A stretch of DNA of 64,000 nt from Bugula neritina (taxonomy: Eukaryota > Animalia > Bryozoa): positions 15,118,642-15,182,641 of the forward strand of contig OZ037770.1 in the NCBI GenBank assembly GCA_964035545.1, given 5' to 3'. The translations under genes were made by a program, and so were the position numbers. Shown here piece after piece: positions 13,949 through 26,330 of the stretch. Every line of letters begins with the position of its first letter. Position 1 is the first letter of the stretch. A model generated the notes under the pieces. That model was given only the letters and a program-made list of their open reading frames with translations, had not been told where the DNA came from and ran no database searches.

Positions 13949-14909
13949 AAGAGGTGGATGATACAGAGAAGGATTTTATGGGGGTGGTTTGTCTAATTAT
14001 ATCACTGCTTGTGTTGAAAACATACTTTATGGTTGTAGATAGACATTTTTATTGACTTTGTCACAAGATGAATAAAATGTTTTATATGTTTCACATTCAT
14101 ATAATAAAAATAATGAGGAATACTAAAACATAATATATGTTATATCAACTAGAAATGTAACTAATAAATTTGCTACTGTAATTGTAAAAAGAATGGTGGC
14201 AATTTCAAATAAAATTATGGAAACTTATGATTATTTCAACTTCAAATTCTAATCAAACGAAAATAGTTGATAATTTGTGGTATCAATTTTTAGCCTGTGA
14301 CCTCAATATTTTGAGTGCAATTAGGCTACCAGATGGCATTCAATTTACCTTGGCAGTGTTACATTAATTAGGCTTAAAAAACTTCCTACTGTAGACATTT
14401 GCCAAGTCATTCGAAAATTGTTCTTTAAATGTTAAGACGATTCCTACTTGAAATTAATGGCTGCTTGCAGCATTGCGTCACTGAAGTACGGGTGCTATGT
14501 GCTTGTGAATCTGACTAGGAATTTACTGTGTAGAAGTGTTAAAACACTGAACTAGCTTGCCAGCTGAAATATGCTTAGGTTCCAAGTTTAAAGATAAATC
14601 GTCGTTACTTCTGTAAAAGTTTTTAGAAAATAAAACATGAAACTTTTAAAAGCAGAAAAGTTTGGCGCTGCAAGTAGTGCTTTGTGTGTTAACAAGTCTA
14701 CAGGTTTTTATTTCCTTTTGTGCGACGATACGTGCCAAACAGTGCGGGAAAAAAGTTGCATGTACATGATGCTTTGAGATAACTGAAATATGTAACCTGA
14801 AGTGTGCCTGAAGCATTCAACAAGAATGCTACATACGCTGGTATTTGCTCCAGGTTCTGGAATGGATTCTTGTTAATAAAAATATAAGTATTTCATATTA
14901 TATAACATA

Positions 14910-15060
14910 TAAATGGTATCTGCAGATAGTATATTATATACAGTATAGTATATAAATGCTATCTGCAGATAGTATATTATATACAGTATAGTATATAAAT
15001 GTTATCTACAGATAGTATATTATATACAGTATAGTATATAAATGCTATCTGCAGATAGTG
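14910..15060. repeat. ~40-bp tandem repeat containing the palindrome ctatctgcagatag, in the ODF3-like 3' region
   Basis: About four copies read directly. Confidence 0.8.
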
Positions 15061-15142
15061 TATAGAATAGCTCGAGATCCAGAGTTAGCGCTGGTACTGA
15101 TTGTGTTGAGATATGGCAGATGTCGAGTCTAGTACTCCAAGT

Positions 15143-17399
15143 CTATTCCTGCACGTCTATGATGAGTGGAGCCTCGTACTGCGTGTGACGGATTCCGAAG
15201 CTGTAGCACGGGGCGGACCGTCTGGTTCCGTAAACCTACAAACGAGTCGTCAGAATTTATCAATTCAAGTCGCGTAGAAACTCAATCAACCGGAAATAAT
15301 TAAATCTATTTCACTTTCTGTTTGTCCAGCAGTGGCCAGAATTTAAGAAAAGCAAGTAAACAAGTTTTCAATTAGTGCTGTTGAAATTAGAATAGTTGTG
15401 TTTATAGCCCGAAGTTCTACAAGTTATTAAGTAAGAGATAGAGACGGCACATCTACCGCCCCACCCACCCTCTCTGGAGAGTGAGCACCAGGACCAGGTT
15501 TCTGAGTGGCGTCTCCTGGCATAGTGTTTCTGCTGGTCATGCTGTACTGAGGGCGCTTTTCCTTGAAGGTGCTCGGGTCTGTAGTGCTGTAGGCTCCCGG
15601 ACCCGGCGTCTTCTTCAAATCCTCGTGAAAGCCGCCAATCTTACTCCTTCCTGTTAGGGAGTAGATGGGAGCCTGTTTCTTGCCGCTCTGTCTTGTCTGG
15701 CCAGTCATTCCTAGTCGAGAGGAAATAGAACAGAACTATAACTCTGTGTAGACCTCAATGCCCCAACAGCCTCTAAGAAACTGTGACCAAATATCTCGAA
15801 AGTCACGTGACAAGAGAACAAACTGTAATAGCAGCAGGGGAAGTAATTCAAACTAAAACTGAGAAAGCTGGAAGTTCATAAAAAGGTGACCAAGTTTCAG
15901 CTGTGGATAAACTAAGACAAGACTGAGTTCCTACCTGGTAGTGTGTAACCGTTAGGGGCAGGCGTAGTATCCGCCCTCCTGTGTCTGTGTCTACTGCCAA
16001 AGCTATAAGCTGGGTGTCTGAAGTACCCCATTTGACCAGTGGACTCGGGGGCGTAGGTCCCGGCCCCAGGAACTTTAAACCTGTGCCAAGAAATAAGTCT
16101 ACAGGCTATAAGTTGGTATAGTGCATTGAACATATGATATAGTATATTACAGGTACAACATCATAGTACATTATCATGAATATATAATAACATTGAAAAT
16201 ATTAAAGACATAGTATATGACAGATATATTACAGTTATATTATAATCCAATGGAGCACAGATATTAGAATATTTTAGTATATGACAGAATTATTATAGCA
16301 CAATACAGTTATATTACAATTATATTATAAAACAATGAAGTTATGTTAGAAGTATGATACAATTACATACTTATATAATATATATTATTATAGACAGCAC
16401 AAATTTTATTAATTATTGTATCTCTATTTCATCCTGTTGAAAGGAAATTGTCAATGACCTGGAAGCTAATAGCTGAGTTTCAATAACTAGTTTAAAAATT
16501 GAAATTTAATAAAAATTTCATTGAAATCTCAAACTGGTAGTGACTCATAGTGTACTGGTAGTGACTCATAGTGTACTGGTAGTGACTCATAGTGTACTGG
16601 TAGTGAATGATTATAGTGAGTTATAATTAGATAGGGTGCAGCAGTGGAGAAATTGAGAAAAGCCTGTGTTACATATTAAAAATGTAACATAAGAGTTTAT
16701 GTTCCGGTGAAAATTTCAACTCGCGCCCTAAACCAAAGTTTAATAATAAAATTAAAGAACTTAATCTTTATCAATTTTCCGCTACTGCTCCTAAATGGTT
16801 ATAATGGACTGATGAAGTCACTTACGCTGAGAGCTCTGCGTTCCTGGAGTATAGCGAATAATGAGGGGTGCCATCCATCCCGTCCCTGAATATCTTAGGA
16901 TTGGGAAGATAGGCTGGGCCAGGACCACATTCGTCTGCAAACTTTCCATGCCTCACTCCTGAAATTATAAATTGTTTATAATATGTTTTAAAATCATCAA
17001 TTATTAGGAATTAATAATTTGTTTTTAATTTTTTGTTATAATCAAGTGCAGTGTAATATCTTAATACAAAATATTTGAGCAATTCAACACAATAAATAAT
17101 TAATAAATAACACAATAAATAAACAACACAATACATAAATATATAACACAATTAATAAATACATAATAAATCAATAAACAACACAATAAACAAATACATA
17201 ACACAATAAACAAATAAACGACACAATAGATGAATACATAACACAATAAATACTCACCGAAGGGATAAGCTGGTCTCCTCTCATGGACAGAACGGGGGTC
17301 GTGGTTAGGCTGCCCCACTAGACCAGGGAGTTTGTAGGCTGGACCTGGACTACTGTACATGGCAGCCACAGGGCCTCTTGGCTTTACATAGTCATACAT
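15143..17399 (-). CDS. ODF3: Outer dense fiber protein 3 / ciliary microtubule-associated protein 1-like (SHIPPO/PG-rich repeats)
   Basis: Exons 17399-17258, 16958-16826, 16080-15935, 15710-15469 and 15235-15143 join in frame. Starts 'KPRGPVAAMYSSPGPAYKLPGLVG', has repeated 'PGPGAY' SHIPPO motifs and ends 'SFGIRHTQY'. A probable 5' non-coding exon has its donor near 18983. Confidence 0.9.
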
Positions 17400-19103
17400 G
17401 GTACCTGTGAAATATACACTCACACTTGTTAACCATGCTCTCCCGACTAGGAGATCAATTTTATGTTTCTGATTCATTTATAGTGCAAATAAAACGAAAC
17501 TTAGCCCTATGGTGCAGTTTTCCTTTAATACCTTTTCAACTAATTCTTCATTCAACTGGTTTTCAAAACCAAATGAACCGCATGGTCAAAGCACAGTTCC
17601 AATTAAAACATTTGTTTGAACAGTTTTTAGAGCATTGTTTGCGAGAAATCGGCTACAATCAAAGTCATCTTTTGTTTTAACGGCAAATTATGCAAACAAT
17701 TGTGTGTATTACGCACTTAATTTCTTATAATAACAATCATATGTTGCTATTTAATGTAGTACTATTGTTTCTAGTAAAAAGTTCAAAGTAGGCTCAGTGT
17801 TATTCTTTTCAATTATATGAATGCTAAAGACACGGCAGCAGTTTTCTTCTGTACAAACTAGAAAGTGTACCACCTGCTACAACCTATAGTTACTGTAATT
17901 CAACTGTAAAATAATAATATAGTTGGATTAGGACCAACTGCATATAAGTTAAAAGGCAGTCTTTCTTGGTCAGAATTTACTAGAAACTTGCATAAAAATT
18001 TTTAGTGACCAACTTATACATGCACCTGCCATATATAAGGTATAATAATTATACATGTATACAGTAAAGACTTGGGGCAGCTAAATAACACTATCTTACG
18101 TCAAATTTGGGCTGTTTCTTTAGTTTTGAAGTCTATTCAATAATTTACAAGATTCTAGCAATAAAAATGAGTTACAATGAATAATGAGAAAAGAATTTTA
18201 GAAGATCATAGGTGCAGAAGTAATTTTTATCATGAAGATCTACTTTGAACAGCTGTAATAACTGTAGAGTATTTTACTAACTGGAGATGAGTTCAACACA
18301 CATTCTGACCTATATATCAGCCATTCCTGACCTATATCTTTTCTTTTCAGCGCATATGAAACTTTTACATAAGCTTTCATTATGACAATTTATAACTGAA
18401 ATCCGTACTTATAGTGTTTCTTTTATGGAGAACTGTTAGATGACTATAGTAAATGTAGACCACTATGAGCAAATGCTAAGATATCATACAATTTCCAACT
18501 TTATTAGTTATACATAAAAGAGGGCTCAAAAATGAATGAATTGGTAGAGGAATTTTCAACTTGGCTGTTTAAATCTTTAGACAATAAAAATAAGATTCTA
18601 GTAAATATTACACATCTATAATGTTATTCTGGTAATATATTAATTACTATATTACATATTATTATATCATTATTGTGGTAATATGTAACTAGGAGACAAA
18701 TTTAACTTAGCACAGGAAAAAAATCATATTAATATGAAATATATATATAGTACCAGTACAAGTCAAGTTTAATGAAAAATACATGATTTAAGGTGGTATA
18801 GTTTTAAACACTAGGCACCGTATTTATTCTAATTTGTAGAATACAATCTAGAATTAATTTTACTATCAATTTATGATCAATCATGAATCAATTCTGCTTC
18901 CATTTATTAATATTTATGGTTTAATTTTGATCTTTAATTAAAATCAAGCCCATTCAAACTCAAATCCCATTGGAATAGACTCACCTCAATAGAGTTTTAG
19001 TCTAGCAGCGAAGTGGCAGCAATACAGAGGCAGCAGTAGACAAGCCAGCAGACTGACAGCAGGGCACAAGTAAGTTGAAGTTAGAGAACCTGCCAACCAC
19101 CTT

Positions 19104-19118
19104 GTTGCTATGGACAAC
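19104..19118. promoter_or_regulatory. RFX X-box-like element (GTTGCTATGGACAAC) near the predicted 5' end of the ODF3-like gene
   Basis: The reverse complement GTTGTC-CAT-AGCAAC is close to the X-box consensus GTNRCC-N0-3-RGYAAC. It lies ~120 bp upstream of the presumed first-exon donor of a ciliary gene. Confidence 0.65.
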
Positions 19119-19395
19119 AACTTGCTGCTGGGTGTCACGTGTTGCTCTATGATACTAATAATACATAATTTGAAACAAAGACCACAATGTCATTTAGCAA
19201 TATTCAATACAAGGCAATGTTGACATTTAGAAATATTCAATACATAATTTCAAGTTCAATCAATGCCCACTCTGTTGATATTCCACATGGCCTTTTCTAT
19301 TATATATAATACTGTTCTATATCTGATAGTCAATATATTTTACGAAATTTTAATAGTCCATGACAACAGAACATCCTGTAACAGATAGACTCTAT

Positions 19396-19521
19396 CCCCC
19401 TGTTCAGACATTGCCGTATGGTACTGCTTGATCAACGCAGCAGCCGTATACTGCTATACGATTCAGCCTGGAAGTTACCAAAGATGGCAGACATTTGGTA
19501 CGGCAATGCGTGAACAGGGGG
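19396..19521. mobile_element. MITE (non-autonomous DNA transposon), ~126 bp
   Basis: 23-bp terminal inverted repeats ccccctgttcagacattgccgta / tacggcaatgcgtgaacaggggg (2 mismatches), with a TA within 1 nt on both sides. Confidence 0.7.
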
Positions 19522-19699
19522 GTAAAGTATGTGTTGGGACTTTACATAAGTTGGGATAGCTTTTCCCTAATTCATTATAGCTTTTCATGCATCATCACAG
19601 CTATGCCAGCTATATTATGCTTTTCCACACTCATCATGGCTACTATCTAATAGTTAACCTTTTTGACTGGTATAAAAACCCAGCATTTTTGTTTAACTT

Positions 19700-20318
19700 T
19701 ACACTTACAACTTACAAGTTACACTTACAGCTTACAAGTTACACTTACATTTTACAAGTTACACTTACAACTTACAAGTTACACTTACAGCTTACAAGTT
19801 ACACTTACATTTTACAAGTTACACTTACATTTTACAAGTTACACTTACAACTTACAAGTTACACTTACAACTTACAAGTTACACTTACAACTTACAAGTT
19901 ACACTTACAACTTACAAGTTACACTTACAGCTTACAAGTTACACTTACATTTTACAAGTTACACTTACAACTTACAAGTTACACTTACAGCTTACAAGTT
20001 ACACTTACATTTTACAAGTTACACTTACATTTTACAAGTTACACTTACAACTTACAAGTTACACTTACAACTTACAAGTTACACTTACAACTTACAAGTT
20101 ACACTTACAACTTACAAGTTACACTTACAGCTTACAAGTTACACTTACATTTTACAAGTTACACTTACAACTTACAAGTTACACTTACAGCTTACAAGTT
20201 ACACTTACATTTTACAAGTTACACTTACAACTTACAAGTTACACTTACAGCTTACAAGTTACACTTACATTTTACAAGTTACACTTACAACTTACAAGTT
20301 ACACTTACAACTACACTT
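19700..20318. repeat. 20-bp minisatellite (acacttaca[a/g/t][c/t]ttacaagtt)n, ~30 copies in three unit variants
   Basis: Read directly; source of the spurious ORFs 19587-20375 and 19663-20394. Confidence 0.97.
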
Positions 20319-23300
20319 ATACATTATGATATACCAGTTTTCATATTGCTATTTTCATTCAGTTTGCGACAATAAATATTTCTATATATACTAAAACACA
20401 ACAATATGTTTAGAGTGTAATACCCACGGTCTGTAGGTCATATAATATCCAAGGAAAATGGTGGACTTTGCTTATTCCATACTTAACCTAACATTTAGCA
20501 TGGATAGTTATAATAGCCATAACAAAATTCAAAAGGGAAATTGCATTAGTTTAAATACATCATATACATATAGAAAGCTTTTGAGTCAACAGATACCATA
20601 TTATATACACAGTAGTATGATTTATACAAGTGTACAGTTACGTTATTATTACTATGACTTTGCTGCCACAACAACCTTATTGGTTCAGTTGTAAAAGGAA
20701 CTAACTGCACGTGGTTTTGCTATTAGTTGTTTTTTAACTGTCAGTTAGCATTGGGAATCTGCAGTATTAAGTACTATATAATGTAGCTGGGAGACCAGGC
20801 TGGTGGTTGATATAGTAGATCCCTGTGCTAGTATAGAATATACAATTTAAAACTTTTTACAATAGCTGAGAACTGCAAGGATCTGTTCGGGCGACACGAA
20901 GGCTCACTGAAGAATAAATAGTAGTAGTACACCGATAAGATATTCATGAATTGCGAGTCGCCTAATTACTTGGCACCATCCCAAAATTTTCCACCAATCA
21001 TCATAAAGTAACCCATGACCTATCATTTATTTTCATTAGTTGCCAATCTTTTATCCCAACAGTACACATATTGACTGAATCAATATACTCAGTTGGTTTC
21101 AGTGTGGGAGAGAAACAGGTAAGTTTAACTTACTAACTTACTGTAGACTGTGTTAACTTACTTTTAAATAGCTGTTGATTTGGAAGATATTATACTTGAC
21201 GTTTAATAGAGGCAGTTCTCATGTTAAAGTAGATGGTAGCTTGAACTTAAGGTCCTACAGTAATGGAGATATAGAGTAAAGCCAATGTACCATGTGAAAA
21301 ACTGAAATCTAGCAAAAGAAACTATGGCTATCGGCACCTCAAAGTTCAAATCTAAGTTTGCGAAAAAGTAAAGAACTTAGGCTATTGCAATTTCTTAACC
21401 ACTGCACGTAAATAAGATGATTGCTAGAACTGTGGGCTACAAATATATTCAAGTAAAAACAGAGTCACTGCTAACCTGTTGGGAAGATACTATTTTTACA
21501 CTCATACTGTAATATAGTAATACTATTACTTAACTATACTGTAATATAGTAATACTATTACTCTACTATACTGTTATAGATTATAGCTTCAGTTCTACTA
21601 AATATTGCAGCATAAGTGGTTATCTGATCATATCAAACAAAGCAGATACCTCTAATAGAAACACAGCTACTCCTGTACTAGTTACAAACAATAGACATTT
21701 TGCTTAGTCATTATCACATATTTACTAACGAAATCCTAGTTCTACTGCTATGATTGCTTTTCAATTCCTTCAAGAGTGCACTTGACTAAACTAGTGAATT
21801 TAGAAGTTAACTGGTAGATCTAGACAACTTCAGGGCTTTATATTCTGTTTGTACATTTATCATAATGAGGTAGCATTCCTTTAGGTTGGCTAATGATTTA
21901 GTTTTACTGCTTTTACTCTTTAGATATTTAAAGTGCAGTAATGGACGCAAGCCATTTGTAGACATTGAGAAATTATGTAATAGAAGTTATGTTCTCTGCG
22001 GAATTTCTACCAAATTCATTGAAAATGAAAGAGTAGGCTATCGAAATGCCTCCTTTACTGCATCTAAAGAGAGATTCACTTATGAGATTAAGGGCATGTG
22101 AACTAGGCTAAGCTATTCAAAAGATGGTATTGAACCCAGTGAATAATAACGTGTAATAATATATTCGACATTCACTCCTTCATATTTAATGAGATTTAAT
22201 TCTAGATTAAATAATCAGCAATATTGGAATGCAATGATTTAGGATTTGGATCTACTTAAAACTTAGTTAGAAATTTCTAATGACTGTGTTTTCAAGTTGT
22301 GCAGCTAAGAAAATCTAACTGGGCTAATTTTATTTTCATATCTAATCAAAGATAGCCACACGTAAGTTTAAATACTGCTTTAGAATATGTAAACTTATGG
22401 GGCTGTCCAAACCACGTCTCCACAAGTCTAGATATTAAGTTACTCAGGCTAACGTAAGCTTTCCGAGAATTGCTGCTGAATTAGCATTTATTTATAGCAA
22501 TTAGGGTAAGACAATTCCCACTAGTCTACAAGAGTTCACTCGTACCTAACATCATAGAACACTGAGACATTGTACGTAGCTGTCCAAAGGTGTGTTATAG
22601 TTCCCCAGGGCTGACAAAGGATTAGATAATATGAACCATTATCTTCCATACTACCTTTTGACTGTCTGATAAGTTGTATAATCCAGGTTTGGTTTATATC
22701 TTAGCTTAAGTTCTTATATCAGCCAGTGTACCATATTTACACCCCAAAAGAGTGGTTATTACTTTAGAATTCCCTAATTCATGCAACATTGTTGCTTGTG
22801 TCCAGGCGAAAGATAAATGCTTTTCATTTTTAAGTAGAAACAAAACTAGGACTAGATAAAGAGGTGTTAGTCTTTAGTCACGGAGAAAAACTATTTAATA
22901 ATTGTATAATTTCAATAGTTGATAGAGAAGAGGAATTTATTATTCATGTGGTAGCTTCCCAGTCTAATGGGCTTTGTGAGAAAAACTGCACTGCAAAAAT
23001 TGGCAATATTCAATTAGCAAAAGTAGAATCAATGAAGATGCACTTAGCAGGATTAAATAAATTATCTTACACAAAGTACTCTGTGGCTAAGAATATTTGT
23101 AGCTTTATATCTTCTCTGCATACCAAGATGCTACCAGCAAAAGTATTGTCAATGACTTATGTACAGCTAGTGGGGTTTAAGTTAATTTGTTACTAGTAGT
23201 ACTGTTGTATACGCTACAGTGACAGTATTGGGTTATTTGACAGCAGTAGCAATAGTAGTAGTAGTAGTACTAGTAGTAGTGGCAGTAGTAAGAGTAGCAG

Positions 23301-23819
23301 TAATAGTAGTAGTAGCAGCAGCAGCAGCAGTAGTAGTAGCAGTGATAGCAGTAGTAGTAGCAGTAGTAATATTCAAGCTGTTTTATAGTCTCTAATTTAA
23401 AGAACTATTAAACTGGATTAAGGTGGCTGAAAAACCACATAAAATAGAAATGTAGACATAAACTTTAAATTGATAAAAGCAAACTAATTCTATTAATGAA
23501 AATAAATTATTTTTGTGGTAACTATTGAGAGGTGATTAGTGACAAATAATTAGCAGTCACATACTTCATTGATGTGTACAGAAATCATTTTCAGTTTCTG
23601 CATCTATTCTGACTACACATAGCAGTTTGAGCTACACACTGGTAGAACTGAAAGAAATATGGCATTAAACTATTTTTACTTACAAAGTATATAATGGAAT
23701 GCAAGATAAGTTTTAGAAACTCATAGATGTGACCATCTATAAATAGTGCAAACATAAGTATTAAACATATTATATACACCTTAAGCCCTGTTAGTGTTTA
23801 TGTTTAGAATTAGAAGAGT

Positions 23820-25489
23820 ATGGCTAAACCAAGAAGAAACTGGAGTTATGTCCTCATTTTATCACTGGCACTGATGGAATACTCAAGTGCTAAATTTCAG
23901 CCAATCATAGGAGTGATGATGCAAAATATCAATGGAATGCATTGCAATGGTATGATTCATAGTGGAACAAAATATACATAAATTCATCTGGAGTTGTTTA
24001 CCCTTGAGTGAGACACGTATAAGACTTCAGATGTCTTTACAGTAACTATTTTGAACAACTTTGAAGGTTTAGATACAGTTTTACTGTCTAATAAAAAAGA
24101 AACTAGCCGTTTAAGGAAATGTCAGTATGGTAAATATCAACAACAAATAAGCACTTTGTTATACTGAGTAGGGAATCATAATGTCATTGTATTGTCTGTT
24201 TGCTAGATCAGTACGCGATGACGACTTACCAGTCTTTCATTGCGCAGGGGGGTGCGGGAGCCGTCCCCATCTTTGTGGATCAGCCAGACAGTTACTATGA
24301 GCAGCTGATACCGAGGCTAAATGGTGTTTTACTACCCGGCGGAGGGCTAGATGACCTTGTCACCTCACCATTCGCCAATGTCTCGAAAATGGTATTTGAG
24401 TGAGTGTAATATTTCCTCTGCACACCAACGATCAGTAATTTTGATGGTGATAAAAGCTAATTATTATAGTTTGAAACTAACGAGGATGGAAATGTGTTCA
24501 CCACGTTACAAGTTGTCCGAAACTAATATTTCAAGTGATATTCAAAAATCAAGAGCATGTGATGAGAATTCATGAAATTAATTGAGATCAACAAACTTGA
24601 GTTATTGAAGTTTGAATCACAATTATAGAAAAAGTTTTAAAATCAAAACATCCAATAGTTTTTACTTTTACTAGTTTAACCTGAGCTACAGTAGAGTAAC
24701 TCCCACTCACTTTGAGCACTTGGTTACAATTAAATGCTAATCAACTAAGTTAACTGTGAAACAATAAGAGAAATGAGTATCTAAAGATTGTTTCATTCCA
24801 TAAAACTCATCAAGTGATGCCATGCGTGTTTCAGTATGGCTATGAAGATGAACGATGGAGGAGTTCACTTCCCAGTGTGGGGGACTTGCCAGGGCTTTGA
24901 GGAAATGACAACTCTACCTCTTAAACCGCAACGAGATCTACTCAGCAACTCTAGCGGCACTGAAGGGGTACTGCTGCCCTTGAACTACACCGCTGCCGCA
25001 AAAACTAGTCGTCTATTCAAAGACATGCTGCCTTCCCTAAAAGACACCCTCGGGAAAGCTAAAATAACGCCAAATTTTCACAACCTCTGCCTTTCCACGA
25101 AAACATTCCGCGAGACTCAGCAGCTCAATGACTTCTACACGGTGCTCTCCACAAACGTAGATGTCAAGGGATTAGAATTCGTCTCCACCATGGAAGCCAA
25201 GAAATACCCTTTTTATGCTACACAGTGGCACCCTGAGAAGATTAACTACAACTTTGTGAATGGTCTCAACAATGACCCGACTTTCTCCACCGCGATGATA
25301 GCTCAGTACTTTGGTAACTTTCTGGTTCAGGAGGCAAATAAGAACAGCAACAGCTTTCACTCGGCTGACGAAGCTGCTAGATTTCTATTCAACAACTACC
25401 CGACGCAGTTTACTGGGGGAAATGGTGCTTATTTAGATATATATTGCTTGAAGAAGACTGATGCCCCTAAATTTGATAGAAATATTTAG
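23820..25489 (+). CDS. GGH: Gamma-glutamyl hydrolase (peptidase C26), secreted or lysosomal
   Basis: Exons 23820-23949, 24207-24399 and 24835-25489. Signal peptide, 'PIIG', 'LNGVLLPGGG', nucleophile 'WGTCQGFE' and 'YPFYATQWHPEK' (Cys/His/Glu). A probable 5' non-coding exon ends at ~21118. Confidence 0.92.
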
Positions 25490-26159
25490 TCATTCTGCTT
25501 TTCAGTATTACAAATCAAATAATCTATTTTTATACAATTAATTTATAATTCAACATGGTAATAAAATTTAGCACTTTCCAAAACAAGTTAATTTTTTAAG
25601 TTATTATTTTGATTGAATCATTATATGAGAAATAAAATTGTTGGAATATATTTGCCAAATGTTCCTGAAGTTGGTATTGGAATCAGTGCTAAGCATTTGC
25701 TGGAAGACTAACAAAATGCTGACAGACAGACAGACGGATTAAAGCTTAAACCTATCTGGCAGAATTCCACAAGAATTCTATTGGCATAGCAAAGATTTTA
25801 TTATACTATTTTGCGTAGTGAATTAAAATTTATGATGCAATAAATTAGTATAAGAAGAATATACAGAAAAATAAATATAATTAAAAATAATTAGTCATAT
25901 ATTTAAAATTCAAAATAAAATGGCAGAAGATTTCTGCAGCATTAACTTCCTTTATCATAAACTTTCAAAATAATTCCGGACAATTTTGAAATACACTCAC
26001 TAACTACCAGAATATCAACTTCTGCAAGTATATTGCAGCAGATAAACAACAGAGTTAAGGGACTGAGTGAGTGTGAAGTCTAGTCTGATCATGTTACATT
26101 GCGTCGAATTGTTAATAGAGATTTTATAACTTATTTAGATCAGCACTTTATCAAATCAC

Positions 26160-26313
26160 ATAGAGGTGTGCCAATAACACTTTATAACTTAGAGCTGTGC
26201 CAATAACTATAACCTAGAGGTGTGCCAATAACACTTTATAACCTAGAGCTGTGCCAATAACACTTTATAACCTAGAGCTGTGCCAATAACACTTTATAAC
26301 CTAGAGGTGTGCC
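26160..26313. repeat. ~29-bp tandem repeat (ataacctagagstgtgccaataacacttt) just past the SLC22A18-like stop codon
   Basis: About five copies read directly. Confidence 0.85.
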
Positions 26314-26330
26314 GGTACAAGAGAACCTAG

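Noticed and set aside
19587-20394. 262-aa and 243-aa ORFs, the longest in the track
   Set aside because: They are translations of the 20-bp minisatellite, open in two frames, with no splice or protein signature.
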